The notes under the pieces are model-generated. The model worked only from the letters and a program-made list of their open reading frames with translations. It was not told where the DNA came from and did not search any database. From assembly GCF_000025945.1 (NCBI RefSeq), contig NC_006138.1:690001-722000 (forward strand): DNA of 32,000 nt, written 5' to 3'. A program made the translations under genes and the position numbers. This document shows positions 10,419 through 19,918 of this stretch, one piece after another; position 1 is the first letter of the stretch; each line of letters begins with the position of its first letter. Origin of the DNA: Desulfotalea psychrophila LSv54. Its GTDB lineage: Bacteria; Desulfobacterota; Desulfobulbia; Desulfobulbales; Desulfocapsaceae.

Positions 10419-12149
10419 ATGAAATATATTACATACACCGTTTTCATATTACTTCTCTTTTCTCAGGTCTGTTTTGCCCAGAACCCGACCATAGAGATGA
10501 GTATAAGCCCCCGCGAGTTTAACCTCCAAGAGCAGGCCGTTCTCACCATTAGGATCGAGGGACAACAGTCTATAAACCTGTCTCTTCCCGAAGTGGCAGG
10601 TCTCACCTTGCAAAACCGGGGGACCTCAACCAGTGTCAACTTTATCAATGGTGCCTTCTCTGCCTCCTCCTCAACCAGCTATACAGTTAAGGCAAGTCAG
10701 GAGGGAAGCTATACTATCCCCCCCATTAGGATAGAGATCTCCGGTAAGGAGTATAGCACCAGGCCCCTGCAGTTCCGCGTCCATCCAGCTCAAAGGCAAA
10801 TAGAAAAGGGCGCAACAGAGAGCGGCGAAATTGCCTTTTTTAAGATAGAATCTCCGGGAAGACACTATGTCGGCGAGTCTGTCCCACTGAGCATCGATGT
10901 TTTTTTTAACGGAGATTATCGAAGCAAAATTGACTATACCCCCCAACTGATAGGGGAGGGACTCCTTATGCCACCCATAAAGGAGAAGCCAGAGCAGTCC
11001 CAGGTAAACCTTAATGGCAAAAACTATACCCGCGTCCATTGGCAGACAAATATTACAGGAATAAGGGCAGGAACCTACCCCATAAGATTTAAAATGGGAC
11101 TGAGTGTCTACTCCCAACAGAGACAGTCCCCCTTGGCCAATAATTTTAAAGACCCCTTCTTCAACTCTTTTTTTAATAACAACAGAAGGGTTCCCTTAGA
11201 AATTTCAAGTGACGAGATAGCCCTTTCCCTTATAGAACTTCCCTTAAAGGGAAGGCCTGAAAAATTTTCCGGAGCCGTTGGCATATTCAAGGTAGAGGTA
11301 AGGGCAGATGCTGCCATCGCCGACATAGGTCAACCTGTGACCCTCAGCGCAACTATCAGTGGTAGGGGAAATTTTGATGGAGTCATGGCCCCTGTTTTTC
11401 CACAGACAGAGGCTTGGAAAGCCTACTCCCCAACCCCTGTTCAGGGGGGTGGAAACAAAAACTTTAACCAGGTCATTGTCCCGGAAGATGTTTCCATTAA
11501 AGAGATTCCCTCTCTCTCCTTTAACTACTTTGATCCCGAAAAAAGAAGATATGAGCAGATAAAAACAGCAGCCATTCCAATTACCATCAAGGGCTCCGCC
11601 GAAGCTCCCGCCCCAGAAGCAGCAGTGCCCATGCCAGAGGTCGTGCCCAAGGTCCTTTCCCCGGAAAAGAGGTTTCCCAACCTGCTCCCCCAGTACGAGG
11701 TAAGCGGTGGCTTTCATGAAAAGATCGCGCCCCTATTTATGAACAGATGGATAGAGGCTACATTTATCTGCTTAGTCCTGTTGGTTTTTATCTTGGCTAT
11801 CCTGCGTCTCTACCTCTACATCCGGAATAAAAATCCACAGAGAGAGAGAAGAACTCTTCGCAAAAAACTCGCCCGAAGGGCATTGGCTGAACTAGAAGAG
11901 GCCCTGCAGGGAGATGACCCATCTGCCTTTTTAAGGATCTCTCAAAAAGCCATCCAACAACATTGCGCCCTCCTTCTGGATCTGGACCCAGCGACAATTA
12001 CGGCGTCGACCCTTAGAGAAAAAACAGAGGGGCGGACATATATTGAAATTTTGGAGAGAGCGGATAGGGCCAGATATGGTGCTGAAAGCCTCAGCGCTCA
12101 GGAAATGAAGGTTTACCTCTCTACTTTAGAAAAGGAATTTTATTTATGA
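10419..12149 (+). CDS. batD: BatD-like protein (signal peptide, beta-rich extracytoplasmic part, TM, cytosolic helical tail)
   Basis: The ORF track starts at 10368; the ATG at 10419 gives a clean signal peptide MKYITYTVFILLLFSQVCFAQNPTIEMSISPREFNLQEQAVLTIRIEG. Position in the Bat operon also supports the call. Confidence 0.88.
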   Translation: MKYITYTVFILLLFSQVCFAQNPTIEMSISPREFNLQEQAVLTIRIEGQQSINLSLPEVAGLTLQNRGTSTSVNFINGAFSASSSTSYTVKASQEGSYTIPPIRIEISGKEYSTRPLQFRVHPAQRQIEKGATESGEIAFFKIESPGRHYVGESVPLSIDVFFNGDYRSKIDYTPQLIGEGLLMPPIKEKPEQSQVNLNGKNYTRVHWQTNITGIRAGTYPIRFKMGLSVYSQQRQSPLANNFKDPFFNSFFNNNRRVPLEISSDEIALSLIELPLKGRPEKFSGAVGIFKVEVRADAAIADIGQPVTLSATISGRGNFDGVMAPVFPQTEAWKAYSPTPVQGGGNKNFNQVIVPEDVSIKEIPSLSFNYFDPEKRRYEQIKTAAIPITIKGSAEAPAPEAAVPMPEVVPKVLSPEKRFPNLLPQYEVSGGFHEKIAPLFMNRWIEATFICLVLLVFILAILRLYLYIRNKNPQRERRTLRKKLARRALAELEEALQGDDPSAFLRISQKAIQQHCALLLDLDPATITASTLREKTEGRTYIEILERADRARYGAESLSAQEMKVYLSTLEKEFYL

Positions 12150-12871
12150 AAACCATAGTCCTGACTCTCTGGAGTCTGCTCCTCTTGGTAACAGCTGTTC
12201 AGGCAAGACCTCTTGACGAGGCAAACAGACACTTTGCCGCAGGAGAGTTCGCCAGAGCCATTTCTCTCTATGAAAATATTGAGAAGCAAGAGGGTTTCTC
12301 GATGGAACTTCTTTTTAATCAGGCAAACGCCTATGCTCAATTGGGGAAGACGGGTAGAGCAGTACTCTACTATCAACGCGCCCTTCGCCTTGATCCGGGT
12401 AATGCTAATATTATTAAGAACCTTCAGCTAGTGGAAAAAGAGGCAGGACTTTTTAGCAAGGAGGAGAATAGCCTGAAACAGCTTATCTCTTTTGTGGGAA
12501 TTAACAACTGGACAATACTCAGCCTCCTCCTCTTTCTGCCAATCATTTTGGTGCTGATCTTTTGGCAGAAAATGTCCAGAAAAAAGGCTCTTGCCATTAT
12601 TTGTAGTTCAGTTATTGCCATGCTTCTCTCTAGCGAAGCAACGGCAATAAGTTATCAACAATGGCCCATCTATGTGCTTGTAGAGGAAAGCAGAAATTTA
12701 TTGATAAGTCCTTTTGAGAATGCAGCGTCAGCAGGACTTATCAAAGAGGGCGGGATGATACTTGTCCATAAAAGATATGGCAAATACAGCTACATAGAGG
12801 ACAAAAACGACCAAGGTGGCTGGGTTAAAAGCAAGGCTCTCAGGGCAGTAATCTTAGACCCGGCTTCTTAA
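12146..12871 (+). CDS. BatE-like TPR membrane protein with a C-terminal SH3-like region
   Basis: 241 aa. TPR (ANRHFAAGEFARAISLYENI...NQANAYAQLGKTGRAVLYYQRALRLDPGNANI), two TM helices, then a C-terminal VLVEESRNLLISP...GGWVKSKALR. Confidence 0.75.
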   Translation: MKTIVLTLWSLLLLVTAVQARPLDEANRHFAAGEFARAISLYENIEKQEGFSMELLFNQANAYAQLGKTGRAVLYYQRALRLDPGNANIIKNLQLVEKEAGLFSKEENSLKQLISFVGINNWTILSLLLFLPIILVLIFWQKMSRKKALAIICSSVIAMLLSSEATAISYQQWPIYVLVEESRNLLISPFENAASAGLIKEGGMILVHKRYGKYSYIEDKNDQGGWVKSKALRAVILDPAS

Positions 12872-13545
12872 AAAAAAATTTTTTCTAACACAGTATCAGC
12901 AACCTCATTGATGGTAAGCACCCCTGTATTTATCAACAGGGCATCATCTGCCTGCTTCAAAGGGGCAATAACTCGCTTAATATCATTTGAATCGCGCATA
13001 ATTGTCTGCTGTAAAATTTCTGGATAATCCGCCACCTCTCCTCGGGCAAGAATCTGTTGATAACGCCTTGTAGCCCGAACCTCGGCATCGGCATCCAGAT
13101 AAAACTTATAATGAGCCTTGGGAAAAACAACCGTTCCCATATCCCTTCCCTCGGCAACCACCCTGCCTCTCTCTCCCAACTCCCGTTGCAGCATTGTCAG
13201 CTTGTTTCGAACAACGGCAAGAGCCGAGACCCGAGAGGCCAGCATCCCTGATTCAGGAGTACGAATACGACGACTGACATCAACTCCCTGAACAAGCACC
13301 CCCGTATCATCCGTTGTCTCCGATGCCGGTAGAAGTTCTAATTCAATATCTTTCAGAGCAGAGGCAATATCCTCTTCACTGTTCAGATCTATCCCCCTAT
13401 CCACCAGATAAATTGCCACAGCCCTATACATTGCCCCCGTATCAAGATAGGAATATGAAAGTTCTGCCGCCACCCTTCTACTCACCGTCGATTTGCCAAC
13501 ACCAGCTGGCCCATCAATGGTTACAACATCAATTGATTTAGACAT
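12868..13545 (-). CDS. cmk: Cytidylate kinase
   Basis: 225 aa. VVTIDGPAGVGKSTVSRRVAAELSYSYLDTGAMYRAVA and VVAEGRDMGTVVFPKAHYKFYLDA. Confidence 0.97.
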   Translation of the reverse strand: MSKSIDVVTIDGPAGVGKSTVSRRVAAELSYSYLDTGAMYRAVAIYLVDRGIDLNSEEDIASALKDIELELLPASETTDDTGVLVQGVDVSRRIRTPESGMLASRVSALAVVRNKLTMLQRELGERGRVVAEGRDMGTVVFPKAHYKFYLDADAEVRATRRYQQILARGEVADYPEILQQTIMRDSNDIKRVIAPLKQADDALLINTGVLTINEVADTVLEKIFF

Positions 13546-14677
13546 AATTAAGCTCTTTTAAACAGTCTGAGAGCGCCTTTAAAAAACGTTTGTTTTCAAC
13601 GGTTGTACCAACAGTAACGCGAATATAGTGAGGATATCCATAGGCACTCATGGAGCGGATAATCACACCTTTGTACAGCATCTCTGTATATAGTTTATCA
13701 GCATTACCTTGAACATCAATAAGAAAAAAATTCGTCTGTGAGGCAAAAGGCTCGCAACCAAGACCTTTTATCTCTTTCATCAACCACTTCATCCCCTGAC
13801 GATTTTTCAACAGGGTCTGCTCGTAAAAATCAACATCGCCAAGAGCGGCCAAAGCCCCTACCTGGGCAAGAGAGTTCACATTAAAAGGCTGACGCACCTT
13901 ATGCAAACAGGTAACAATCTCCTCTGCCATCAGACCAAAACCCACCCGCAAACCTGATAAGCCATAGGCCTTTGAAAATGTTCGCAGAGAAACAATGCCA
14001 CAGCGTCCCGCCTGATTTTTAATAAGGGAGGGCACATCCAGCCACTTATCCAGATCCATAAAATCTACATAGGCCTCATCGAGGACCAGAATAACATGCT
14101 CAGGCAGGCTGTTGATAAAATCGATGAGAAGTTCGGGCTCCAGATAGGTACCCGTTGGATTATTGGGATTATCAATAAAGATAAGACGAGTCTTCTCGTT
14201 TACCGTATCAAGAATTGTCTGAAGGTCATGGTGCATATCCTTTAAAGGAATAACCCGATTTACCCCGCCCCGTACCTGAACAAATTTTTGATACATAAGA
14301 AAGGAGGGATGACTGGTAATAACCTCACTGTCATCCTGAACAAAGGCCTTAACCAAAAACTCTATAACCTCATTAGAGCCATTACCAAGAATAATCTCAG
14401 ACATGCCAACCCCGGCATACTTGGCAATGGCCTCGGTCAGATAGTAGGCAGAACCATCGGGGTAGCGTTGCATATCACCAAGACTCTCGCCAATGGCCTT
14501 TATGGCCTTAGGCGATGCCCCCCAGGGATTTTCATTGGACGCAAGTTTAATAGAATCTGTAATTCCATACTCACGCTCCAGCTCATCAAGGGGTTTTCCC
14601 GGTGGATAGGGCTTTATATTTTCTATATTCTCAGGAATATCTAACTTCAAGGCAATCTCCTTTTGAAACAGTGGCAC
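13538..14677 (-). CDS. hisC: Histidinol-phosphate aminotransferase
   Basis: 379 aa. KLASNENPWGASPKAIKAI, NPNNPTGTYL, DEAYVDF, TFSKAYGLSGLRVGFG and IRVTVGTTVENKRFL. Confidence 0.96.
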   Translation of the reverse strand: MPLFQKEIALKLDIPENIENIKPYPPGKPLDELEREYGITDSIKLASNENPWGASPKAIKAIGESLGDMQRYPDGSAYYLTEAIAKYAGVGMSEIILGNGSNEVIEFLVKAFVQDDSEVITSHPSFLMYQKFVQVRGGVNRVIPLKDMHHDLQTILDTVNEKTRLIFIDNPNNPTGTYLEPELLIDFINSLPEHVILVLDEAYVDFMDLDKWLDVPSLIKNQAGRCGIVSLRTFSKAYGLSGLRVGFGLMAEEIVTCLHKVRQPFNVNSLAQVGALAALGDVDFYEQTLLKNRQGMKWLMKEIKGLGCEPFASQTNFFLIDVQGNADKLYTEMLYKGVIIRSMSAYGYPHYIRVTVGTTVENKRFLKALSDCLKELNYV

Positions 14678-14778
14678 TGTGGAACAAATAATGGGGCAAA
14701 GAGCCTTTAAAAAAAATAATCCGTATATAGATCGACTATATATGGATTATTGATCTTCTCGTCACCCTCTCTCATCCA

Positions 14779-16236
14779 TTAGAAATCAAGTTTTCCAGGC
14801 TGGATGGCAAGTAACTTTTCAAGGTTATAGGCAACCTTCAACAGGATCTCCTCCTGAAAATGTGATCCCTGTAGCTGAATGCCAACGGGAAGACCATCTT
14901 CCGTGAATCCACCAGGAACAGACATACCGGGGATACCGGCAAGGTTTGCCGAAACGGTCATGATATCTGAAAGATAAATGGCCAATGGATCATCGGACTT
15001 TGCCCCCAGTTTCCAAGCAGGAGTAGGAGTTACAGGAGAGAGGAGCACATCACAGGATCTGTATGCATTCTTAAAATCTTCAATGATAAGGGTACGCACC
15101 TGAGATGCCTTCTTATAGTAGGCATCATAATAACCGGAGGAGAGGGCATATGTACCGATAAGGATACGCTTCTTCACCTCGTCACCAAATCCTGCCGAGC
15201 GCGTGTCCTTATACATATCTTCCAGAGTCTTCGACTCCAGATCCCGATATCCATAGAGGGCACCATCATATCGGGAGAGATTAGTACTTGCCTCGGCGGG
15301 GGCAATCAAATAGTAGACGGCTACACAGTATTCGGTATGCGGCAGGGAGACATCAACAATCTCCGCGCCAGCACTGGCCAAAACTGCAATGGCGTTACGA
15401 ACTACTTTCTCCACCTCGGAATCAAGGCCCTTGGCAAAATATTCTTTAGGGATTCCAATGCGCAATCCTTTAACCCCCTCAACAAGAGAGGCTGTATAAT
15501 CAGGCACCTCCTGGTTGATAGAGGTAGAATCCATGGGGTCATAACCACAGATACTGTTCATAACCAGAGCTGTATCGGCAACCGTTCGACAGAGGGGACC
15601 GGCCTGATCAAGAGAAGAGGCAAAGGCGGTTAAACCGTAACGGGAAACACGACCATAGGTGGGTTTCATTCCCACCACCCCACAGAGAGCAGCAGGTTGT
15701 CTAATGGAACCACCGGTATCGGTGCCGATGGAAAAGAAACATTCCTGAGCCGCAACCGTCACAGCGGAACCACCGGATGAACCACCGGCAACATACCCCT
15801 CTTTCCAAGGATTTTGAGGCACGCCGAAGGCACAGGTTTCAGAGGTCGATCCCATGGCAAACTCATCCATGGTTACCTTTCCTAAATTTACAGCGCCTGC
15901 CCCCTGCAACTTATCAACAATCGTTGCATTATAAGGTGCTATAAATTTTTCCAACATCTTGGAACCACAGGTCATTGGCAAATCTTTCACTGCCAACAGA
16001 TCCTTAATAGACATGGGGATACCGCAGAGAGGATTTGTCTCTCCATTTTGCAGGGCCTTATCGGCAGCCTTTGCCTGGGCAAGAGCACCTTCCTCGTCTA
16101 CTGTTATAAAACCCTTAACTCTATCCTCAACATCTCCAATTCTTTGGAGACAACTCTGAGTGAGTTCCACAGAGCTAATATCTCCTGCTCGAAGTTTTGC
16201 TGCGGCCTCTTCTATGCTGAGTTCGTACGCTTTCAT
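14779..16236 (-). CDS. gatA: Asp-tRNA(Asn)/Glu-tRNA(Gln) amidotransferase subunit A
   Basis: 485 aa. GIPMSIKDLLAVKDLPMTCGSKML and GGSSGGSAVTVAAQECFFSIGTDTGGSIRQPAALCGVVGMKPTYGRVSRYGL. Confidence 0.98.
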   Translation of the reverse strand: MKAYELSIEEAAAKLRAGDISSVELTQSCLQRIGDVEDRVKGFITVDEEGALAQAKAADKALQNGETNPLCGIPMSIKDLLAVKDLPMTCGSKMLEKFIAPYNATIVDKLQGAGAVNLGKVTMDEFAMGSTSETCAFGVPQNPWKEGYVAGGSSGGSAVTVAAQECFFSIGTDTGGSIRQPAALCGVVGMKPTYGRVSRYGLTAFASSLDQAGPLCRTVADTALVMNSICGYDPMDSTSINQEVPDYTASLVEGVKGLRIGIPKEYFAKGLDSEVEKVVRNAIAVLASAGAEIVDVSLPHTEYCVAVYYLIAPAEASTNLSRYDGALYGYRDLESKTLEDMYKDTRSAGFGDEVKKRILIGTYALSSGYYDAYYKKASQVRTLIIEDFKNAYRSCDVLLSPVTPTPAWKLGAKSDDPLAIYLSDIMTVSANLAGIPGMSVPGGFTEDGLPVGIQLQGSHFQEEILLKVAYNLEKLLAIQPGKLDF

Positions 16237-16297
16237 ATTTTCCTCAAAAAAAACAGATCAAAATTCGTATATCATCCACAGAATTATTCCACTAATA

Positions 16298-16582
16298 CTA
16301 GATAACTCGTGGCACTTGAAAGGCCGTACCATTTTGCACAGGACCATTGGCAAGTGATTCTTCCTGAGATAAAGAGTCTTTTACTATATCTTCACGAAAG
16401 GCATTTGTTTTAGAAAATGCATGGGTTGTGGGTAGAACACCCTCGGTATCTACTTCAGCCAATTTTTCCATATAGGACAAAATACCATCAAGTTGTTCTG
16501 TCATGCTTGCCAACTCATCTTGATCAAGGTGCAATCGTGAAAGATGAGCTACGTGTTGTACTTCTTTTTCTGAAATTTTCAT
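16298..16582 (-). CDS. gatC: Asp-tRNA(Asn)/Glu-tRNA(Gln) amidotransferase subunit C
   Basis: 94 aa. MKISEKEVQHVAHLSRLHLDQDELASMTEQLDGILSYMEKLAEVDTEGVLPTTH; located immediately upstream of gatA. Confidence 0.96.
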   Translation of the reverse strand: MKISEKEVQHVAHLSRLHLDQDELASMTEQLDGILSYMEKLAEVDTEGVLPTTHAFSKTNAFREDIVKDSLSQEESLANGPVQNGTAFQVPRVI

Positions 16583-16585
16583 GTC

Positions 16586-17710
16586 TTACCCTGTATAATT
16601 CAGATAACAGTCAAGAGGCTTATCTGCCTCAAATTTTCCACTTAGCGTAAAATCAACAATACTTCTGGAAAAATATTTTACAATGTCAGCGTCAAATTGA
16701 GTTCCAGAACATCTCTCAAGCTCTGCCACCGCCTGTTCTCTTGTCATATTTTCTTTATAATTACGATGAGATGTCATCGCATCATAACTATCAACAACCG
16801 TTAAGATACGTGTCAGTTCATCAATCTCGTGCCCCCTTAAACCGGCAGGGTACCCCTTCCCATCCATTCTTTCATGGTGATGACGAATAATAGCAATCTC
16901 TTTATCCATAAAACCTAAGGGTTCTATAATACTGGCCCCCACTTCCGGATGTTTCTTTATCAAGGCCCACTCGTCATCGGTTAACTTGCCCGCCTTTTGA
17001 ATACAGGAGAGATCTATAACAAGTTTACCGATATCATGAAACTGAGCAGCTCTTCGCAATATAGCAATATCCGATTCTGATATTCCCATGGAAAGACCAA
17101 GCATAACTGCATATTCAGTTACTCTAGTCGTATGACCCGCTGTATAATAATCCTTCTCCTCCATGGCATTTTGCAAACTTGCCATAAGCTGAACAGTCGC
17201 ATTTTTAATGCTTTTATTATAAGAGGTTAACAGTTTGTTTTGTTTTTCAAGCTGAGCTGTCTTGATGCGTATCTCATGTTCCAGAGATTTTTTATACTCC
17301 TGTTCCCGAAGAATATAGGCGCGCTTCTCCACAGCTCTCTTTATCTGAATATTAAATAGATCCAGATCTTTAATGGGTTTCGTTAAAAAATCATAGGCCC
17401 CCATATTAATGGCCTTAACGGCATAATCCATAGAGCCGGCACCGGTTAAAAAAAGAATGGGAATATTAAAACCCAACTTTTCTATAGCATCCATGGTTTC
17501 AAAACCATTAAGATCAGGCATGTTGATATCTAAGACAATAACATCAAAGCTATCATCTACCTTAGATATAGCCTCTCCGCCACATGAAGCCAACTCAACC
17601 TCATAGCCGTAAACCCCGAGTATTTCTGAGATGGTTTCCCGGACAATAGCATCATCATCAGCTATCAACACCTTCGCCTTTTTCTTAAATAATTCTTTAA
17701 TATCTTTCAT
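16586..17710 (-). CDS. Response regulator with receiver domain and HD-GYP domain (putative c-di-GMP phosphodiesterase)
   Basis: 374 aa. Receiver VLIADDDAIVRETI...VIVLDINMPDLNGFE...LTKPI, then QFHDIGKLVI...HHHERMDGKGYPAGLRG. Confidence 0.95.
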   Translation of the reverse strand: MKDIKELFKKKAKVLIADDDAIVRETISEILGVYGYEVELASCGGEAISKVDDSFDVIVLDINMPDLNGFETMDAIEKLGFNIPILFLTGAGSMDYAVKAINMGAYDFLTKPIKDLDLFNIQIKRAVEKRAYILREQEYKKSLEHEIRIKTAQLEKQNKLLTSYNKSIKNATVQLMASLQNAMEEKDYYTAGHTTRVTEYAVMLGLSMGISESDIAILRRAAQFHDIGKLVIDLSCIQKAGKLTDDEWALIKKHPEVGASIIEPLGFMDKEIAIIRHHHERMDGKGYPAGLRGHEIDELTRILTVVDSYDAMTSHRNYKENMTREQAVAELERCSGTQFDADIVKYFSRSIVDFTLSGKFEADKPLDCYLNYTG

Positions 17711-17926
17711 TAAACACCAACATATAGAATTTTATCGCTCGCGAGGAAGCATATTTTAAACATAGTCTGAAAAGTAAAAGAATTACATATTGATATATCA
17801 ACAGAAAATCTACTGGATGGAAACCAATTTTAACCCTACTATATATATAAAAAACAACCCTAAAAGAGTTCTTTTTAAATGACAGTTAAGAAACTTAGCT
17901 ACCATAAAGTAAGGATAATGGCAATA

Positions 17927-18502
17927 TTAACAAGTCAAAACCTCTCTGTCCGTGACAATATAATTCATTTTCACATCATGATCTTCTTGTTCAATAATAT
18001 CAAAAAGTTGAAATTGAAAACAGAGCCCTATTTTTTTCATGTTTTGTGCCTTTTCCCCAGATAAAAATCTATCATAAAACCCACCGCCATAGCCCATTCT
18101 CCCACCTCTCCTGTCAAAGAGACTTCCGGGACAAATCACCACATCTATCTCCTCCGCCAAAAGACTATTTTCTTCCATATAGGTAGAGGATGGTTGCGAT
18201 ATTCCATAGGGGCCTTCTTCAAGTAACATCCTAAAATTATTTTCAAAAATTTCTACTGGAATAATTTTTTTATCAACAAGACTAGTCCAGGGAATAGTCA
18301 CTCGAAAACCTCTGGCCAAAAGCTTATCAACAAGCTCAAAAGTTTCCACCTCACCATTGTAACTTAAATAGACAAAGACAGTTTGGGCCTCTGCCAAAAA
18401 ATCAGACAATTTCTGAACAGCTCTCTTACTCTGTTCAAAACGTTCTGCATCTGAAAGATTTTTTCTTTTTATTAACACTTCCCTACGAAGAAGATTCATC
18501 AT
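17927..18502 (-). CDS. 5-formyltetrahydrofolate cyclo-ligase family protein
   Basis: The ORF track runs to 18529, but Met at 18502/18499 (MMNLLRREVLIKRKNLS) looks the better start. Motifs: PGSLFDRRGGRMGYGGGFYDRFL. Confidence 0.9.
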   Translation of the reverse strand: MMNLLRREVLIKRKNLSDAERFEQSKRAVQKLSDFLAEAQTVFVYLSYNGEVETFELVDKLLARGFRVTIPWTSLVDKKIIPVEIFENNFRMLLEEGPYGISQPSSTYMEENSLLAEEIDVVICPGSLFDRRGGRMGYGGGFYDRFLSGEKAQNMKKIGLCFQFQLFDIIEQEDHDVKMNYIVTDREVLTC

Positions 18503-19556
18503 ACCCCCAATATTCCATAATATGGTCATGTAAAACAGGTCTAAAAACCTTCATTTTCCGAAGGTTATTGTTAAATAGTGCCCTGTTGGTAAGTAAGATA
18601 ATAATAATATTCTCCTCTAAATCACACCAAAAAGAAGTTCCGGTAAACCCCAGATGCCCCACGGTGTGTTGGCTAAAATATCTCCCCGATGTTGAATAGA
18701 GGCCTGAAGGTGTATCAAAGCCATAAGTCCAGTGACTGCCCTGCTGTCTTTGTAAGAAGAGAAGAAGAACATCCCGTGAACAAAAGGACAAAGTTCCCTT
18801 GCTAAAGTAGCTGTTAACAATACTTTTACACAATTTAAGCAAACCCTTAACTGTGCCAAAAAGCCCCGCATGTCCGGCATAAGAGCCCATACTTCTACAG
18901 TTATCATCATGTACTTGTCCACAGTAATAAACAAAGTTATCAACAATGTTAGATGTTAAAGCACAATTTTCCGGACCCAGATGCTTATTACCTGAAAAAC
19001 AAAAATCCTCCTCCAGCCCCAAAGGGATAGCTATCTCTTCAAACCAAAAATCACAGAGCCTTTTACCAACTTTTTTCTCAATAATATCAGCTAGCAACAT
19101 ATAACCAAGATCGCTATAGATGCTCTCCCCAACTTCTGCCAAAGGCTCTACATACAAAATATTTTCAATCACATACTGCCAACAATCCTCTTTACAGCTC
19201 TCATAAAATTTAACATGAGCAGGCAAACCAGAAGCATGTGACAGTAGGTGACCAATTGAAATATCCCCTTTCTTCCCTGATAAATTTCCATAAATTTCAG
19301 AGAGCCTTGTCCCTAAAGTCAAGAGACCCCTTTCTACCAGACAGGCAATACTCAAAGCTGTAACAAGTGGTTTAGTTAAAGATGCCAGATCATAAAAAGT
19401 ATCCTCAGAAACCAAAAATGTGTTATTATCACCTGTATTCCCACAGTTAACTAAAAAACTTTGCCCCTTCATTCCATGAAAGGCAGCTACTGAAGCGCCA
19501 GAAAAAAGTCCCTCTTTAACCCCTTCAACAAGCAAATCTTTAACCTTTTTATTCAC
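18483..19556 (-). CDS. Beta-lactamase-family serine hydrolase (class C / PBP4*-like)
   Basis: 357 aa. TFYDLASLTKPLVTAL (SxxK), SIYSDLGYMLLADIIEKK (YxN-like region), TVGHLGFTGTSFW. Confidence 0.9.
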   Translation of the reverse strand: MNKKVKDLLVEGVKEGLFSGASVAAFHGMKGQSFLVNCGNTGDNNTFLVSEDTFYDLASLTKPLVTALSIACLVERGLLTLGTRLSEIYGNLSGKKGDISIGHLLSHASGLPAHVKFYESCKEDCWQYVIENILYVEPLAEVGESIYSDLGYMLLADIIEKKVGKRLCDFWFEEIAIPLGLEEDFCFSGNKHLGPENCALTSNIVDNFVYYCGQVHDDNCRSMGSYAGHAGLFGTVKGLLKLCKSIVNSYFSKGTLSFCSRDVLLLFLQRQQGSHWTYGFDTPSGLYSTSGRYFSQHTVGHLGFTGTSFWCDLEENIIIILLTNRALFNNNLRKMKVFRPVLHDHIMEYWGYDESSS

Positions 19557-19589
19557 TGCCTATCTCCATGAAAGAACATCATTATTTTA

Positions 19590-19870
19590 TTGAAAAATCC
19601 CTATAATTTTACTATAATTGTATTATAATTTTTTAAACATATATATTTGTTTTTACTTGAGAATTTAACAAAATGGAAAATACCTCTTTTTCATTTGTTA
19701 ACAGACTTATCAACAGCTTTTCCACAGGTTTTGTTAAAAGGTAGGTGGAAACACTCTTGATAAACCTGTTGATAACTTTTTCTAAACAATTTCTCTTATT
19801 TTAAGAACAAGAGAGAGTTAATTTTTTATCTAATGATAACAATATGTTAAAAGTCTTATACACATATGAA
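19590..19870. promoter_or_regulatory. Candidate oriC / DnaA-box cluster upstream of dnaN with adjacent AT-rich segment
   Basis: TTATCAACA at 19707-19715 (+), TTTTCCACA at 19718-19726 (+), TTATCAACA at 19767-19775 (-), TTATACACA at 19856-19864 (+, exact match to TTATNCACA); AT-rich stretch ~19590-19680. Confidence 0.5.
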
Positions 19871-19918
19871 CGGCTATAATAATAATAATAAAAAACAATA
19901 TATATTAAAGGAGTTTTC

